From Nanobdellota archaeon (GTDB lineage Archaea; Nanobdellota; Nanobdellia; Pacearchaeales; GW2011-AR1), in the NCBI GenBank assembly GCA_038045405.1, contig JBBSYF010000001.1:101175-165174 (forward strand): 64,000 nt of DNA, read 5' to 3'. Of the stretch, positions 46,333 through 56,348 are shown piece after piece. The stretch's first letter is position 1, and each line of letters opens with the position of its first letter. A model generated the notes under the pieces. That model was not told the origin of the DNA and ran no database searches. It saw only the letters and a list, made by a program, of their open reading frames with translations. The position numbers and the translations under genes are program-made.

Positions 46333-46740
46333 TTACTTAGATTCTTCTTGCATTTCTGAAAGAGCATCTGTCAACTCTTCACTTATCTCTTCAATTTTCT
46401 CATCAAGCTCTCCCTTAATCTCCACAAGTTTTTTTATTTGTTCATCTATTATCTTCTTAGTTTGAGGAACTGTTTTTTTCACAAAATTCCTATTGCCTAC
46501 ATCAACAGTTAGACTATCGGAGAGGAGTTTAGCTTCAACAAAGATGCCTCTCCCTAAAGGAGCAAGAATATCTTTTCTTATAGAGTTAGTAATCTCATCC
46601 AATCCTGTGTTTAAGAGATTTAGATCAATCATGCTCTCTTCAACTGCTTGAAGCTGTTGCTGAAGATGCTGAATCTGCTGCTCAAACATGCCTAGCTTGA
46701 ACATAAGTTCTTGGTTAGGATTCTCTCCAGTTTTTCCCAT
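46333..46740 (-). CDS. pfdA: prefoldin alpha subunit
   Basis: Coiled coil, central beta-hairpin region (LGRGIFVEAKL...TVDVGN), coiled coil; about 135 aa. Confidence 0.6.
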   Translation of the reverse strand: MGKTGENPNQELMFKLGMFEQQIQHLQQQLQAVEESMIDLNLLNTGLDEITNSIRKDILAPLGRGIFVEAKLLSDSLTVDVGNRNFVKKTVPQTKKIIDEQIKKLVEIKGELDEKIEEISEELTDALSEMQEESK

Positions 46741-46789
46741 AAATATTAAATAGACAAATGCCTTATAAATCTAGTCCTACAAAATTAAA

Positions 46790-47104
46790 ATGGAACAGAT
46801 ACAAGTAAAGGGCATAGAATCTTTGGATGAAAAAGAGAAAAAAATAGCAGATAAACTCTTTGGAGAATACTTCACTAAACTTCAAAGAAAAATAAAAAAC
46901 ACTCTTTCACTAAAAATCTACGTAAAAGAATACAACAAAGAAGGAAAAAGAAAGAAATACAGCATAAATGCAGAAGCAGTTTCTTCTGGAAAAACCTTTA
47001 AGGCAAACTCTCACGAATGGGATTTTGCAACTACAATCCATCAAGTGTTTGAAAAAATATTAACACAAGTGGAGCATGAATTTCATGTTAGCGATCAACA
47101 TTAA
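46790..47104 (+). CDS. possible ribosome hibernation factor (HPF/RaiA-like) protein
   Basis: About 100 aa with a beta-alpha-beta-beta-beta-alpha-like pattern; the assignment is weak. Confidence 0.25.
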   Translation: MEQIQVKGIESLDEKEKKIADKLFGEYFTKLQRKIKNTLSLKIYVKEYNKEGKRKKYSINAEAVSSGKTFKANSHEWDFATTIHQVFEKILTQVEHEFHVSDQH

Positions 47105-47127
47105 TTCAAGAAATTTAAATAGTAACT

Positions 47128-47673
47128 CTAAACAACCTTCATCATCTTTCTAAGAATTGAACTGAAAATCATGGTTCCCAAAAGATAAAACCAAAACCAA
47201 CTAAAGATTCCAAAGAACCTGAAACCTTCCATTAATGCAAAAAAGTCCATGAACCATCTGAAGAACAAAATCAGAGGTATTGCAGTGTAGACTATCGGTC
47301 TCATAGTAAGTTTCATTGTTTTTGGGATGAATTCTAATTGCTTCCTCGATAACTCTGCCACTTTCTCTGGATGGTTTTTATATTTCTTCATCTCTTCTTG
47401 AAGAATCTTCTGTTCTTCTTTCATCTCTCTCAATATCTTCTGATCAGTAGCATACTTTTGGATTATTGTCATAAAAAAAGAAATTATCAAAACAATGGCA
47501 CTCATACCAATTGTGATATTCCAATTTAGTAGAACTCCTGCTGTTGGATTTAAGATAGCGTGAGCTCCTTCTTTTATGAAACTAACTTTATCCCACAAGG
47601 AAGCGAGTGCTAATGAGACAATCATCACAATAAAAATTCCCATAAATCCTCCTTCTTTGCCTTCAGTATTCAT
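47128..47673 (-). CDS. DUF106-family archaeal YidC/Oxa1-like membrane insertase
   Basis: Three TM helices with a central cytoplasmic coiled-coil loop; it holds the conserved position next to secY. Confidence 0.55.
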   Translation of the reverse strand: MNTEGKEGGFMGIFIVMIVSLALASLWDKVSFIKEGAHAILNPTAGVLLNWNITIGMSAIVLIISFFMTIIQKYATDQKILREMKEEQKILQEEMKKYKNHPEKVAELSRKQLEFIPKTMKLTMRPIVYTAIPLILFFRWFMDFFALMEGFRFFGIFSWFWFYLLGTMIFSSILRKMMKVV

Positions 47674-47704
47674 GTTAATTAAAAAGAAAGATTGTTTTTA
47701 AAGA

Positions 47705-49144
47705 CTAACCCCCAACGAATTTTCTCATTACAGGATGCATGTCTACTTCATGTTGTTGAGCAATATTCTGGTAGAACTGGAACATTATCATAATCACAAG
47801 AAGAATAGCTGTTCCAGAGGTCAATGCACCCAACAAGTCTGTAACAGAAGCAAGAAGCCCTATTGCCATTCCCCCCATTACTGTAAGAGGCATGATGTAT
47901 CTGTCTAAGATACTTTCCAAAATTCTTTCGTCCTGTCTGAAACCAGAAACTTGCAATCCTGATGAAGAAATTTTATGGGCCTGACTTGCTGCATCCATGC
48001 CTGCAGTTTTGACCCAAAAGACTGCAAAAAGAGTAGAGAAGAACATGAAGAACAAAATGTGTGTTAAACCTTGAATTAAAAATTTAGGTGAAAACCCTCC
48101 TCTAATTGTTAATTCAAGAAGATTAGTATTCCCTAACCAAAATGCAAGTCCCGAAATTGCCTGTCCTCCATTGAACTTTCCTAAAAAAGTAAAGTAAGAA
48201 GCAAAATGTGCTTTTCCTACACAAGCACCTCCCGAAAAACAAGGTGCAGCAGCATTCTCAACTATGCCTCCGAAAAGTTGTATGTTTGCGATTAACGCAG
48301 CAGTTAGAATAACAGGAATAACTGAAGCATAGAAAAAGGAAAGAGGCCATTTAACTCCGTATCCTCTAAGTCTTCCAAAAGAAAGAGGAATTTCAACCTT
48401 CAAAGATTGCGCCCAAACGACAATTAGGAAGATAATTATTGTTGATATAATCGCTGCTCCTGCAGAAAAGAGCTCTAGTGGAAATCGGTTTATAACAGAT
48501 TGAATCACCACGAAAACTTTTCCGGCACAAGGAATTGTTTTGAAATCCAACAAACAATTTCTACCTTGTTGGTCTATAAACTGGAAAGCCCCAGTCATTA
48601 TTCTCCATGAAACTCCTGCCCCTATAAACAAGCTAACACCAGAACCGAATCCCCATTTTGTTGTGAGTTCATCCATGTAAAAAATTGCCAAGCCTCCTAA
48701 AACGAGTTGAACTATCAACAACCATGCAAATCCCGGAGCTGCTTGAAGTCCCTGCATTAAAACATAAACAAGTGCTTCAAAGATTATAAAAAAGAAAACG
48801 AGAATTTTCTGAATTCCTTGGAAAAACTTTTTCCCTTCATCGGTTGTAGTGTCTATACTGACTACTCCCGAACCCGTAAGCAACTGCAGTATAATAGACG
48901 CCATAACGATAGGACCTATTCCTAGAGAAATGATGCTTCCGAAATCTGTTCCAAGAATGATAGCAAGGTACTCAAAACGAGCCAATGCATTTGCTGAAAG
49001 TCCGAAGAGAGGAACATTAGCAAGAACGAAAAATGAAACTAAAACTATTAGTGTCCATTTCAATTTTACACCGAAACTTAACTTCTTTTCTTCCGGTTTC
49101 CTTACTTCAGGAATAAAACTGAATATGTCTTTTAAGTTTGCCAT
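47705..49144 (-). CDS. secY: preprotein translocase subunit SecY
   Basis: 10-TM SecY/Sec61-alpha pattern at the distal end of the ribosomal superoperon. Confidence 0.9.
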   Translation of the reverse strand: MANLKDIFSFIPEVRKPEEKKLSFGVKLKWTLIVLVSFFVLANVPLFGLSANALARFEYLAIILGTDFGSIISLGIGPIVMASIILQLLTGSGVVSIDTTTDEGKKFFQGIQKILVFFFIIFEALVYVLMQGLQAAPGFAWLLIVQLVLGGLAIFYMDELTTKWGFGSGVSLFIGAGVSWRIMTGAFQFIDQQGRNCLLDFKTIPCAGKVFVVIQSVINRFPLELFSAGAAIISTIIIFLIVVWAQSLKVEIPLSFGRLRGYGVKWPLSFFYASVIPVILTAALIANIQLFGGIVENAAAPCFSGGACVGKAHFASYFTFLGKFNGGQAISGLAFWLGNTNLLELTIRGGFSPKFLIQGLTHILFFMFFSTLFAVFWVKTAGMDAASQAHKISSSGLQVSGFRQDERILESILDRYIMPLTVMGGMAIGLLASVTDLLGALTSGTAILLVIMIMFQFYQNIAQQHEVDMHPVMRKFVGG

Positions 49145-49232
49145 TTTATTTCTTAAAACGTAAAAATTATTGTCTTACCCTCAATATAAACCTTCTCTCT
49201 TTTTAACATTTGATTATACAAGCAATCTTTGT

Positions 49233-49697
49233 TTATTCTTTTGAACCTTTTTTAACTAGTATAATTTCTCCGCCAGCTTCCTTAACTTTTTTAATCACAG
49301 ACTGTGAGGCCATGTTTGCTTTTATGACAAGTTTGTTCTTTAGCTCGTATCCTTCTGAACCCCCAAGAATTTTATACTCTTTCAGGTCAATTTCCCACTT
49401 GTCTCCAACTTTCTTACCATATTTTGTTAAGTTAGTTTCAATATCCATAAGGTTTATTCTCATTCTCTTATCTTTCTTTGTTCCTCTACTCGTTATTCCT
49501 TGTTTTCCAAAGTAATCGTGTCCGTAAAGCGCAAGAACTAGTGTTTTTTTATGGTCTGATCTTTTCCCTGAACCCGACATTCCTGCTCCACCTCTATGCC
49601 CAGATTTCTTCCTTTTCTTTCTAGCTCCGCCTCCGTGAGTTCCAGTTCCCCTCATTCGCGACATCTTTCTTCTCTTCTTAGTTTTCCTCATTGCCAT
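49233..49697 (-). CDS. rpl15: 50S ribosomal protein L15 (uL15)
   Basis: Gly/Arg/Lys-rich N-terminal region (GTGTHGGGARKKRKKSGHRGGAG). Confidence 0.85.
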   Translation of the reverse strand: MAMRKTKKRRKMSRMRGTGTHGGGARKKRKKSGHRGGAGMSGSGKRSDHKKTLVLALYGHDYFGKQGITSRGTKKDKRMRINLMDIETNLTKYGKKVGDKWEIDLKEYKILGGSEGYELKNKLVIKANMASQSVIKKVKEAGGEIILVKKGSKE

Positions 49698-49698
49698 T

Positions 49699-50118
49699 TT
49701 ATAACATCTTCTCCACTAATTTATTTATCTTATCTCCGTGATTTCCAAGAACTCCTTTTGGAAAATGAATCTTAGTATTTATTCCGCCTCTTGCAGGATG
49801 TAATCTAAAAAATGGTTTCAAATTTAAGTCTTCGTACTTCTTTCCACTTTCCAACTCTTCAACAACCTTCTTTGCGTCTACTTTTTTCTTTTTCTTGTCA
49901 ATAGGTTGTCCTCTTTTCTCGATTAACTTCTCAAAAGTTTCCTTGCTTATCTCTCCAAATGCAACAAGATTCTTCACTTTGCTTATCATGCCGGCCTGTT
50001 CTTTATTTGGGTTTAAAACAATACAAGTATATTTCTTTCTAAGTCTCAATCTATGTAAAGTTTCTTTTACATTTCCGTCCATGTTGACTTCTCCTCGTAT
50101 TCTTATTATGCAAATCAT
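49699..50118 (-). CDS. rpl30: 50S ribosomal protein L30 (uL30)
   Basis: IIRIRGEV...V..TL..LRL ferredoxin-like L30 pattern. Confidence 0.8.
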   Translation of the reverse strand: MICIIRIRGEVNMDGNVKETLHRLRLRKKYTCIVLNPNKEQAGMISKVKNLVAFGEISKETFEKLIEKRGQPIDKKKKKVDAKKVVEELESGKKYEDLNLKPFFRLHPARGGINTKIHFPKGVLGNHGDKINKLVEKML

Positions 50119-50119
50119 T

Positions 50120-50977
50120 TTATTTTTGGTTTGTTTTTCTTAAAGCATCAAAACCAGCTCCAACTAAATTGAAGGTGGTTCTTTGCTTACCGAAAGTTTT
50201 AGTATAAATATCTTTTATTCCTGCAAGTTTTAACATTTTTTTTAGTTCACCAGCTGCAACTAATCCTGTTCCTTGTGGTGCTGGAATCAAAATAACTCTC
50301 ACACTTCCAGACTTCCCAATAACTTTTTGCGGAACAGTATGAAGTTCAGAGCAGTCACAATCAAAACTAGAGCAAGCTCTTTTTATTTTTATAATATTCA
50401 GTTTTGCCTTTCTTTCTGCTTTGTCTCTTGCTGGTAGAGTTTCTTTTGCTTTACCTGTACCAATACCTACATGTCCATTTTCATCTCCAACAATTGCCAT
50501 TGCAGAAAAAGTAGCCACATTACCTTCCATAGTCTTCTTCTGAGTCTGACGCCACGCTCTTCTCTTACCTCCACCGAACTTCCCCTTTGCTTGTCCTATT
50601 AAAGCTAAGTCCTTTTTGATATCAAGTAAAAAATCAACTATCTCGAATTCCAATATCTTTTTGTTATTATCAAGAATTTCATCAATATTTCTAATCTTTC
50701 CATTTTTAACTTCTTGTCCTAATTTTGTTTTTGGTTCCCATGAAGAAAGACCTCTTTCTCCTGCTCTTTGTTTGTTTTCCTTTGTTTCTTTTTCTATAAT
50801 GCCTAACTCAAGGTCATCTTTTAAAATTACAAGATTATCATCTTTTTCTATTAATTCTTCAGTAATCTCTTCCAGCTTTTCAGCTTTTTCTTCGGCAGTT
50901 TCTTCAGAAAGTGTTCCATGAGCTGCAGCAGTTCTCTTTACATTCTCAAACATCAATTTCTTCTCACTTTTTGTCAT
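50120..50977 (-). CDS. rps5: 30S ribosomal protein S5 (uS5) with an acidic N-terminal extension
   Basis: Core KRRAWRQTQKKTMEGNVATFSAMAIVGD..GHVG.G.GKAKE and a C-terminal GTGLVAAG. Confidence 0.85.
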   Translation of the reverse strand: MTKSEKKLMFENVKRTAAAHGTLSEETAEEKAEKLEEITEELIEKDDNLVILKDDLELGIIEKETKENKQRAGERGLSSWEPKTKLGQEVKNGKIRNIDEILDNNKKILEFEIVDFLLDIKKDLALIGQAKGKFGGGKRRAWRQTQKKTMEGNVATFSAMAIVGDENGHVGIGTGKAKETLPARDKAERKAKLNIIKIKRACSSFDCDCSELHTVPQKVIGKSGSVRVILIPAPQGTGLVAAGELKKMLKLAGIKDIYTKTFGKQRTTFNLVGAGFDALRKTNQK

Positions 50978-51471
50978 TTTATTTTCTGTATTTTTAATTT
51001 AATTTCTTCAAATGTTTTTGAAAAATCTTCTTTAAGATGTTTTCCTTTGATTCTATTTTCATCCGGGTAATATTGCTCTTCACATTTTACATTAAGCCCA
51101 GAGTCCTTTAATCCTTTTAGAAATGCGAATACTTTGTTTTTGTGAATATTTCTTGTCATTCCTATGTCTATTATTGGTATCTGCAATTTCTTCGCAAGAA
51201 TTTCTTTTCCAAATAAAAATCCTGTAAGGTACACAGCCGGAGTTGACTTAAGACTTCCACTCAATTCTTTTGGCCATCCATGCATTAGTAATACTTTAGA
51301 GGTTGTTCCTAGTTCGATTTTGTCTTGAGCTGCTTTGCTAGTCGTGTACTCTGCTATTACGTACTTGTTTGTTTTTCTGAAGACAACTCTTGGAATGCCA
51401 CTCTTAAGCACATTTACTCTTTTGCCGTAATCCGTCTTGTTTTCTTGTCTTCTTCTTTTTAGTGTCTTCAT
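50974..51471 (-). CDS. rpl18: 50S ribosomal protein L18 (uL18)
   Basis: N-terminal RRRQENKTDYGKR motif. Confidence 0.85.
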   Translation of the reverse strand: MKTLKRRRQENKTDYGKRVNVLKSGIPRVVFRKTNKYVIAEYTTSKAAQDKIELGTTSKVLLMHGWPKELSGSLKSTPAVYLTGFLFGKEILAKKLQIPIIDIGMTRNIHKNKVFAFLKGLKDSGLNVKCEEQYYPDENRIKGKHLKEDFSKTFEEIKLKIQKIK

Positions 51472-51872
51472 TTTTTTATTTCTCCTAAATGTTCTCTAAG
51501 ATGCGCCTTACTTCTAAAAACCTTGTTTCTTATTTTTTTCCTAATATCTCTGAATGTTTCATTTGTCATTTCCCCTGACTTTTTCAGTTCAGCAACATGT
51601 TTTCTTAGCTTTCTTGTCATGATTATATAATCTCTTTTTACAACACGTCTGCCCTTTCTTATATTTCCAGGCCCTCTATTACTCTTCTTCCTAATCTTCT
51701 TTCTTCCACCGATTTCTCTTATGACTATTGCACCATCTTTCATTAAATCTCTGATGTCTTGTTTAGTAATGGCTTCTTTTATGTCTTCTAGTTTTGATTC
51801 TACGAAGATTATTCTATCTTTTCCAATGCCTAATGTTCTTTTCGCAAGTTCTTTCTTTTTACTTAAGTTCAT
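51468..51872 (-). CDS. rpl19e: 50S ribosomal protein L19e (eL19)
   Basis: N-terminal sequence LSKKKELAKRTLGIGKDRIIFV.... Confidence 0.85.
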   Translation of the reverse strand: MNLSKKKELAKRTLGIGKDRIIFVESKLEDIKEAITKQDIRDLMKDGAIVIREIGGRKKIRKKSNRGPGNIRKGRRVVKRDYIIMTRKLRKHVAELKKSGEMTNETFRDIRKKIRNKVFRSKAHLREHLGEIKK

Positions 51873-52233
51873 TTTTTTCTCCTTTATTCTCTACTTTTTT
51901 TAAAAACTTTTTACTGTTAACGTTCATTATAACAACTCCCATTTCTCCAGCTTTTTTTACAAGTTCTATTTTTTTCTTTTTCCCAATCTTTCCCAAAACT
52001 ATCTCTTGTCCCCTTGAAGCTGTTAAAAGTTCCGGAATATTTCTCACTACCAAAAAGTTTCCTCTTTCAGATTCTTTTTGTCTGTATCCAATGCTTACTG
52101 TAGGGCCATAGCCTCTTCTTTTATCTCTGAGCTTGTTATCTCTTCCTTTAGGCTTTCTCCATACCCTATTCTTTCCCCTCTTCTTACCAAGTTTGTGGTA
52201 TCTATTATATATTCTTCTCAAAAAGGTAGTCAT
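51859..52233 (-). CDS. rpl32e: 50S ribosomal protein L32e (eL32)
   Basis: ...WRKPKGRDNKLRDKRRGYGP.... Confidence 0.85.
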   Translation of the reverse strand: MTTFLRRIYNRYHKLGKKRGKNRVWRKPKGRDNKLRDKRRGYGPTVSIGYRQKESERGNFLVVRNIPELLTASRGQEIVLGKIGKKKKIELVKKAGEMGVVIMNVNSKKFLKKVENKGEKNELK

Positions 52234-52793
52234 TATATTTCCCTCCCTGCTTTACTAGTTATAAATATCCCGTCTTGGAAGATTCTTCTGTCTCTTTTTC
52301 TTATTCTTGTAGCTGTTTCAAAATCTGCTGCTGCTTGGCCTGCAAGTTCCTTGTCAACCGATGTGACTGTAATAACATCTTTATCTATTTCTACTTCAAC
52401 TCTGTCAGGAATTAGTGTCTTTCTAGGAATTTTTTCCCCAAGGAAATTTTTGATTAAGACTTCTTTACCCTTAATGTCCACACTAATTGGGAAATGACTA
52501 AAGCAAACTTTTAATGTATACTCGAACTTTTTTTGAACGCCCGCTATCATATTTTTTATGTGCGCGGCTGCAGAATTAATTAATTTCTTTTCTTTTTTAG
52601 TTGCTATTTTAGTCCCAACTACTATCAAATTATCTTTCTTCGTAAGACTAATATTGTTTATCTTGAAGTTTCTCTGATTTTCTCCTTCCGGGCCTATAAC
52701 TTTTAGTGTAGTTCCGTTCACTTCAACTTCTATTCCCTCAGGAACTTCTACTTCTTTAAAAATTTCTTTTTTCATTTTAGTAAAAATAAGCAA
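52233..52793 (-). CDS. rpl6: 50S ribosomal protein L6 (uL6)
   Basis: Duplicated alpha-beta domain pattern; position in the conserved L5-S14-S8-L6 order. Confidence 0.85.
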   Translation of the reverse strand: MLIFTKMKKEIFKEVEVPEGIEVEVNGTTLKVIGPEGENQRNFKINNISLTKKDNLIVVGTKIATKKEKKLINSAAAHIKNMIAGVQKKFEYTLKVCFSHFPISVDIKGKEVLIKNFLGEKIPRKTLIPDRVEVEIDKDVITVTSVDKELAGQAAADFETATRIRKRDRRIFQDGIFITSKAGREI

Positions 52794-53157
52794 TTAAGCT
52801 TCCTCCAATTCCTTTTTCAACAGCTTCCTCATGAGTCATTAGCCCCTTTCCTGTAGAGATTACAACAGTCCCAACATTTCTTGCAGGAAGATATCTTCTT
52901 CTGTATTTCTCGATTTGATCTTTTTTAACGCTAAATCTAGGTTTTATTACTTTACATTCGGAAAATTCTCCAAGGCTAACTTCAACAGACTGTCCTTTTG
53001 TGTCAATCTTGTATTTCTTGATTATTCCCTTTAGTTTCATTATTTTCAAAACTTCAACTAACAATTTTGAAACTCTTATGAGTTTCACACTATCTTTTCT
53101 TGCTCTCTTTGCATTTCTTATTCCATTCATTGCATCAGCTAGTATATCTTGTGACAT
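52777..53157 (-). CDS. rps8: 30S ribosomal protein S8 (uS8)
   Basis: DILADAMNGIRNA...; C-terminal GGSLIAYFY. Confidence 0.85.
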   Translation of the reverse strand: MSQDILADAMNGIRNAKRARKDSVKLIRVSKLLVEVLKIMKLKGIIKKYKIDTKGQSVEVSLGEFSECKVIKPRFSVKKDQIEKYRRRYLPARNVGTVVISTGKGLMTHEEAVEKGIGGSLIAYFY

Positions 53158-53158
53158 T

Positions 53159-53389
53159 TTAACTATATTTTTTGAAACCGATTTCTACAGCGATTTCTCT
53201 AAAACACTGTCGGCATAAATTTAATCCGTATGATTTGATATGAGCTCCGAATCTACCACATCTTTCACATTTCTTTCTTGCTATTCCTGTTTTTCTTTCT
53301 TTAGGTTTATTATGTTTGAGGAATTTTTCCATTTTCTTAGGCTTGCCTACAAGTTGCTTCAAAGTTTTTTTCCAATCGCTTGCTGTCAT
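53159..53389 (-). CDS. rps14: 30S ribosomal protein S14 type Z (uS14), zinc-binding
   Basis: C..C...(11)...CRQCFRE zinc ribbon; the true start may be the internal Met (MEKFL...). Confidence 0.75.
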   Translation of the reverse strand: MTASDWKKTLKQLVGKPKKMEKFLKHNKPKERKTGIARKKCERCGRFGAHIKSYGLNLCRQCFREIAVEIGFKKYS

Positions 53390-53446
53390 TTGACACCCCT
53401 GTGGCGAATGATTGAAAATTTCATATTTGCTGTCATTTTATTTTAT

Positions 53447-53992
53447 TCAAACAAATTTTGTTTTGAAATTTTCCCCCATAAATTTAATTATTTCTTCCTT
53501 CGAAACATGTTGCCTTTTTGGAACACGTCCCATTTTTGTTTTCTTAAGCTTAATTCTCTTTCCAGCTCTTTTGAATGTAACGGTAACGTCTAAACCTCTA
53601 ATTCCTATGTCTCTCTGATACTCGATACCTGGAATTTCAATATATTCCTTAACTCCGAATGAAAAGCTATTTTCACTTATCTGGCTCTTCTTTAATTTAT
53701 TGTCTGTTGCAGTTAACATCTTTCTCAAAAATTCTTCAAGATTTTTTCTGATAGTGACCACAGCTCCGACCTCAAGTTTAGGTCTAACTCCTAATGAAGG
53801 AATTCTTTTTGTAGACATCATTTTAGCAGGATTTCTTCCACTTAAAAGTTTTATAAGTTTGAATCCTTTTTCCAGATTTTCTCCACTTCCACCGACGCTA
53901 AGAACCACCTTTTCCATTACGACTTTTCTCATAATGTTTGTTTTTTTCTCTGAATGAGCTGGTTGAACCTTTTGATTTTCTGTTTTTTTCAT
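53447..53992 (-). CDS. rpl5: 50S ribosomal protein L5 (uL5)
   Basis: ...VVLSVGGSGENL...GIRGLDVTVTF.... Confidence 0.85.
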   Translation of the reverse strand: MKKTENQKVQPAHSEKKTNIMRKVVMEKVVLSVGGSGENLEKGFKLIKLLSGRNPAKMMSTKRIPSLGVRPKLEVGAVVTIRKNLEEFLRKMLTATDNKLKKSQISENSFSFGVKEYIEIPGIEYQRDIGIRGLDVTVTFKRAGKRIKLKKTKMGRVPKRQHVSKEEIIKFMGENFKTKFV

Positions 53993-53993
53993 T

Positions 53994-54630
53994 TTATTTT
54001 ATAGTCATAAATTGTTTAATTAAGACACTTATTGTTTTTCCTTCAATGTCTATCTCAGATATTCCTTTTTCTTTGTACATCTTCTTCAAAAATCCAGACT
54101 TTCCGGAGTGTTTCCCTGAGAACACAAAAACCTCCGAACCTTCCCTTAAAGGAATGCATTTCTCAACTTTTTTCTCTTTGAAGTTCACAAGAACTGAATC
54201 ATTCACGTTACATCTCATGTCTGAGATAAAGTTCATTCCATCTTCGCAGTTTAATTGAATCTTTTTACCTTTGAGCGTCTTTTTGTTTGTTAGTTTTACT
54301 ATTTTATGATTAGCTTCACCCTCTTTTATTTCAGTGAGACTAAACTTTCCACCATCCAATAAATCCATTCTGTAATGTTTTTTTGAAGGAAGGATAGTTA
54401 CTGTGTCAAAGAGTGTTACACTATTCTTTTCGTCGGATACTTGTTTGTTATTCATCAAAACTTGTCTTAAATGAATTGCCCTCTTAGCTTCTTTTCTATT
54501 CTGTACTATCTTAAGCATATCTCTTAAAACAATCAAGAAAGGAACACCCCTCTGAGCATCAAACTCAGGTCTAACTACGTACTTCGTTCCCTTTCGATAT
54601 ATTGGCCAACTTTTTGGCACTTCCTGTCTC

Positions 54631-54641
<11 letters not shown>
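53994..54641 (-). CDS. rps4e: 30S ribosomal protein S4e (eS4)
   Basis: MHLKRQEVPKSWPI... Confidence 0.85.
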
Positions 54642-55090
<449 letters not shown>

Positions 55091-55101
<11 letters not shown>

Positions 55102-55492
55102 TTGAGGCGATTCTTGCTACTGATGACCATCGCTCCATTACCTCCCTTGCTACAGGTCCTTTAATCTGAGTTCCTTTTGGATTTCCCTTTTCATCTTTTA
55201 AAATTGCAACAGCGTTGTCCTCAAAAGATATTCTTTCTCCATCCATTCTTCTCCAAGATTTTTTCTGTCTGATGACTATCGCATCAAAAACTTTTCCCCT
55301 CATATCTGGAATTCCTTTCTTTATACTTACTTTGACCATGTCAGCTACTTTAGCACTCATCTGTCTACCCTTTGTTCCCTTACCTCTTTTTACAGAGACA
55401 ATTCTTGCTATCTTTGCTCCACTATTGTCTGCAACATGCATTATTGAGCCGAGATTCAAACCAGCCGTCATTTTTGCCGATACTGCTTTCAT
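55091..55492 (-). CDS. rpl14: 50S ribosomal protein L14 (uL14)
   Basis: ...HVADNSGAK...V.V.....GKV..AIVIRQ... The start is taken at the internal Met (MKAVSAKM), immediately after the rps17 stop, because the listed ORF 5' end overlaps rps17. Confidence 0.8.
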
Positions 55493-55493
55493 T

Positions 55494-55862
55494 TTACTTT
55501 TTTTCCTCCTTACTTTTAATTTTTTTAACAACGACAAAGTGAATTATTTTACTTAATGGCCTACATTCCTGAACCCTAACTGTGTCTCCAATGTTTATTT
55601 CTTTTTCAAGACATGTTGGAAGTCTCGCATGGATTTTTGTTTTTGACTTTGAATATCTTTCATATTTTTTTACATAAACCATTCTCTCAAATTCTATTGC
55701 AATTCTTTTATTGAACTTACTTGTAACCATGCCTTCGAAAGCCCTTCCTCTTGTCTTTAAACTTCCGTGGAAAGGGCAGTCTCTGTCTTGTGAAACAGCT
55801 TCAACTGTCTTTGGCTTCTCTTCTTGAGCCTTCTGTGTTTTTTTTGTTTTTTTGTTTTCCAT
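55494..55862 (-). CDS. rps17: 30S ribosomal protein S17 (uS17)
   Basis: ...GMVTSKFNKRIAIEFERMVYVKKYERY... Confidence 0.85.
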   Translation of the reverse strand: MENKKTKKTQKAQEEKPKTVEAVSQDRDCPFHGSLKTRGRAFEGMVTSKFNKRIAIEFERMVYVKKYERYSKSKTKIHARLPTCLEKEINIGDTVRVQECRPLSKIIHFVVVKKIKSKEEKK

Positions 55863-55866
55863 TTTT

Positions 55867-56166
55867 CTATTCTTCTATTGACTCTTCGTCAAATCCGAGC
55901 CTGACAAGGACTTCCTTCACTTTCTTCCTGTGATCTCCTTGAAGCTCTACCATGTCGTCTTTATAAGTTCCACCGCACGCGAGCCCGTTTTTCAGGTCCT
56001 TTGCGACTTGTCTTATATCTATCCCACTTCCGAATCCAGTAATAACCGTTACTATCTTTCCGTATCTTTTCTTGTCTGTTGTTACTCTAATCTTCTGTGA
56101 ACTTTTTACAATCTGTTCACATACACATGCCTGTTTTGGCAGGCCACATTTTGGACATATCTCCAT
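55867..56166 (-). CDS. translation initiation factor aSUI1 (eIF1 homologue) with an N-terminal zinc ribbon
   Basis: ...VITGFGSGIDIRQVAKDLKNGLACGGTYKDDMVELQGDHRKKVKEVL..GF... Confidence 0.8.
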   Translation of the reverse strand: MEICPKCGLPKQACVCEQIVKSSQKIRVTTDKKRYGKIVTVITGFGSGIDIRQVAKDLKNGLACGGTYKDDMVELQGDHRKKVKEVLVRLGFDEESIEE

Positions 56167-56167
56167 G

Positions 56168-56347
56168 TTATTTTTTGTTGAGTGTGAGTATTCTAGCTAT
56201 GACCTTTCTAATTTCTCCCGGTCTTGAACTTCCTGTTTTTACAGTGCTTACTTTTGATTTTATTAATTCGAGTTTTAACTCTTGAAGTTTCTTAACTCTT
56301 TCTTGTTCGTTCATTCTTTTCAAATCTTCCATTTTTATTTTTGCCAT
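56168..56347 (-). CDS. rpl29: 50S ribosomal protein L29 (uL29); absent from the ORF track because it is under 60 aa
   Basis: Manual translation gives MAKIKMEDLKRMNEQERVKKLQELKLELIKSKVSTVKTGSSRPGEIRKVIARILTLNKK, a canonical L29. Its stop abuts the aSUI1 start, and it sits in the expected slot between rps3 and aSUI1. Confidence 0.75.
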   Translation of the reverse strand: MAKIKMEDLKRMNEQERVKKLQELKLELIKSKVSTVKTGSSRPGEIRKVIARILTLNKK

Positions 56348-56348
56348 T

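Noticed and set aside
55493-55537. Listed L14 ORF start at 55537, overlapping rps17 by 44 nt
   Set aside because: The internal Met (MKAVSAKM) at 55492 gives a canonical uL14 N-terminus and a 1-nt spacer after the rps17 stop; the longer form is an ORF-caller extension.
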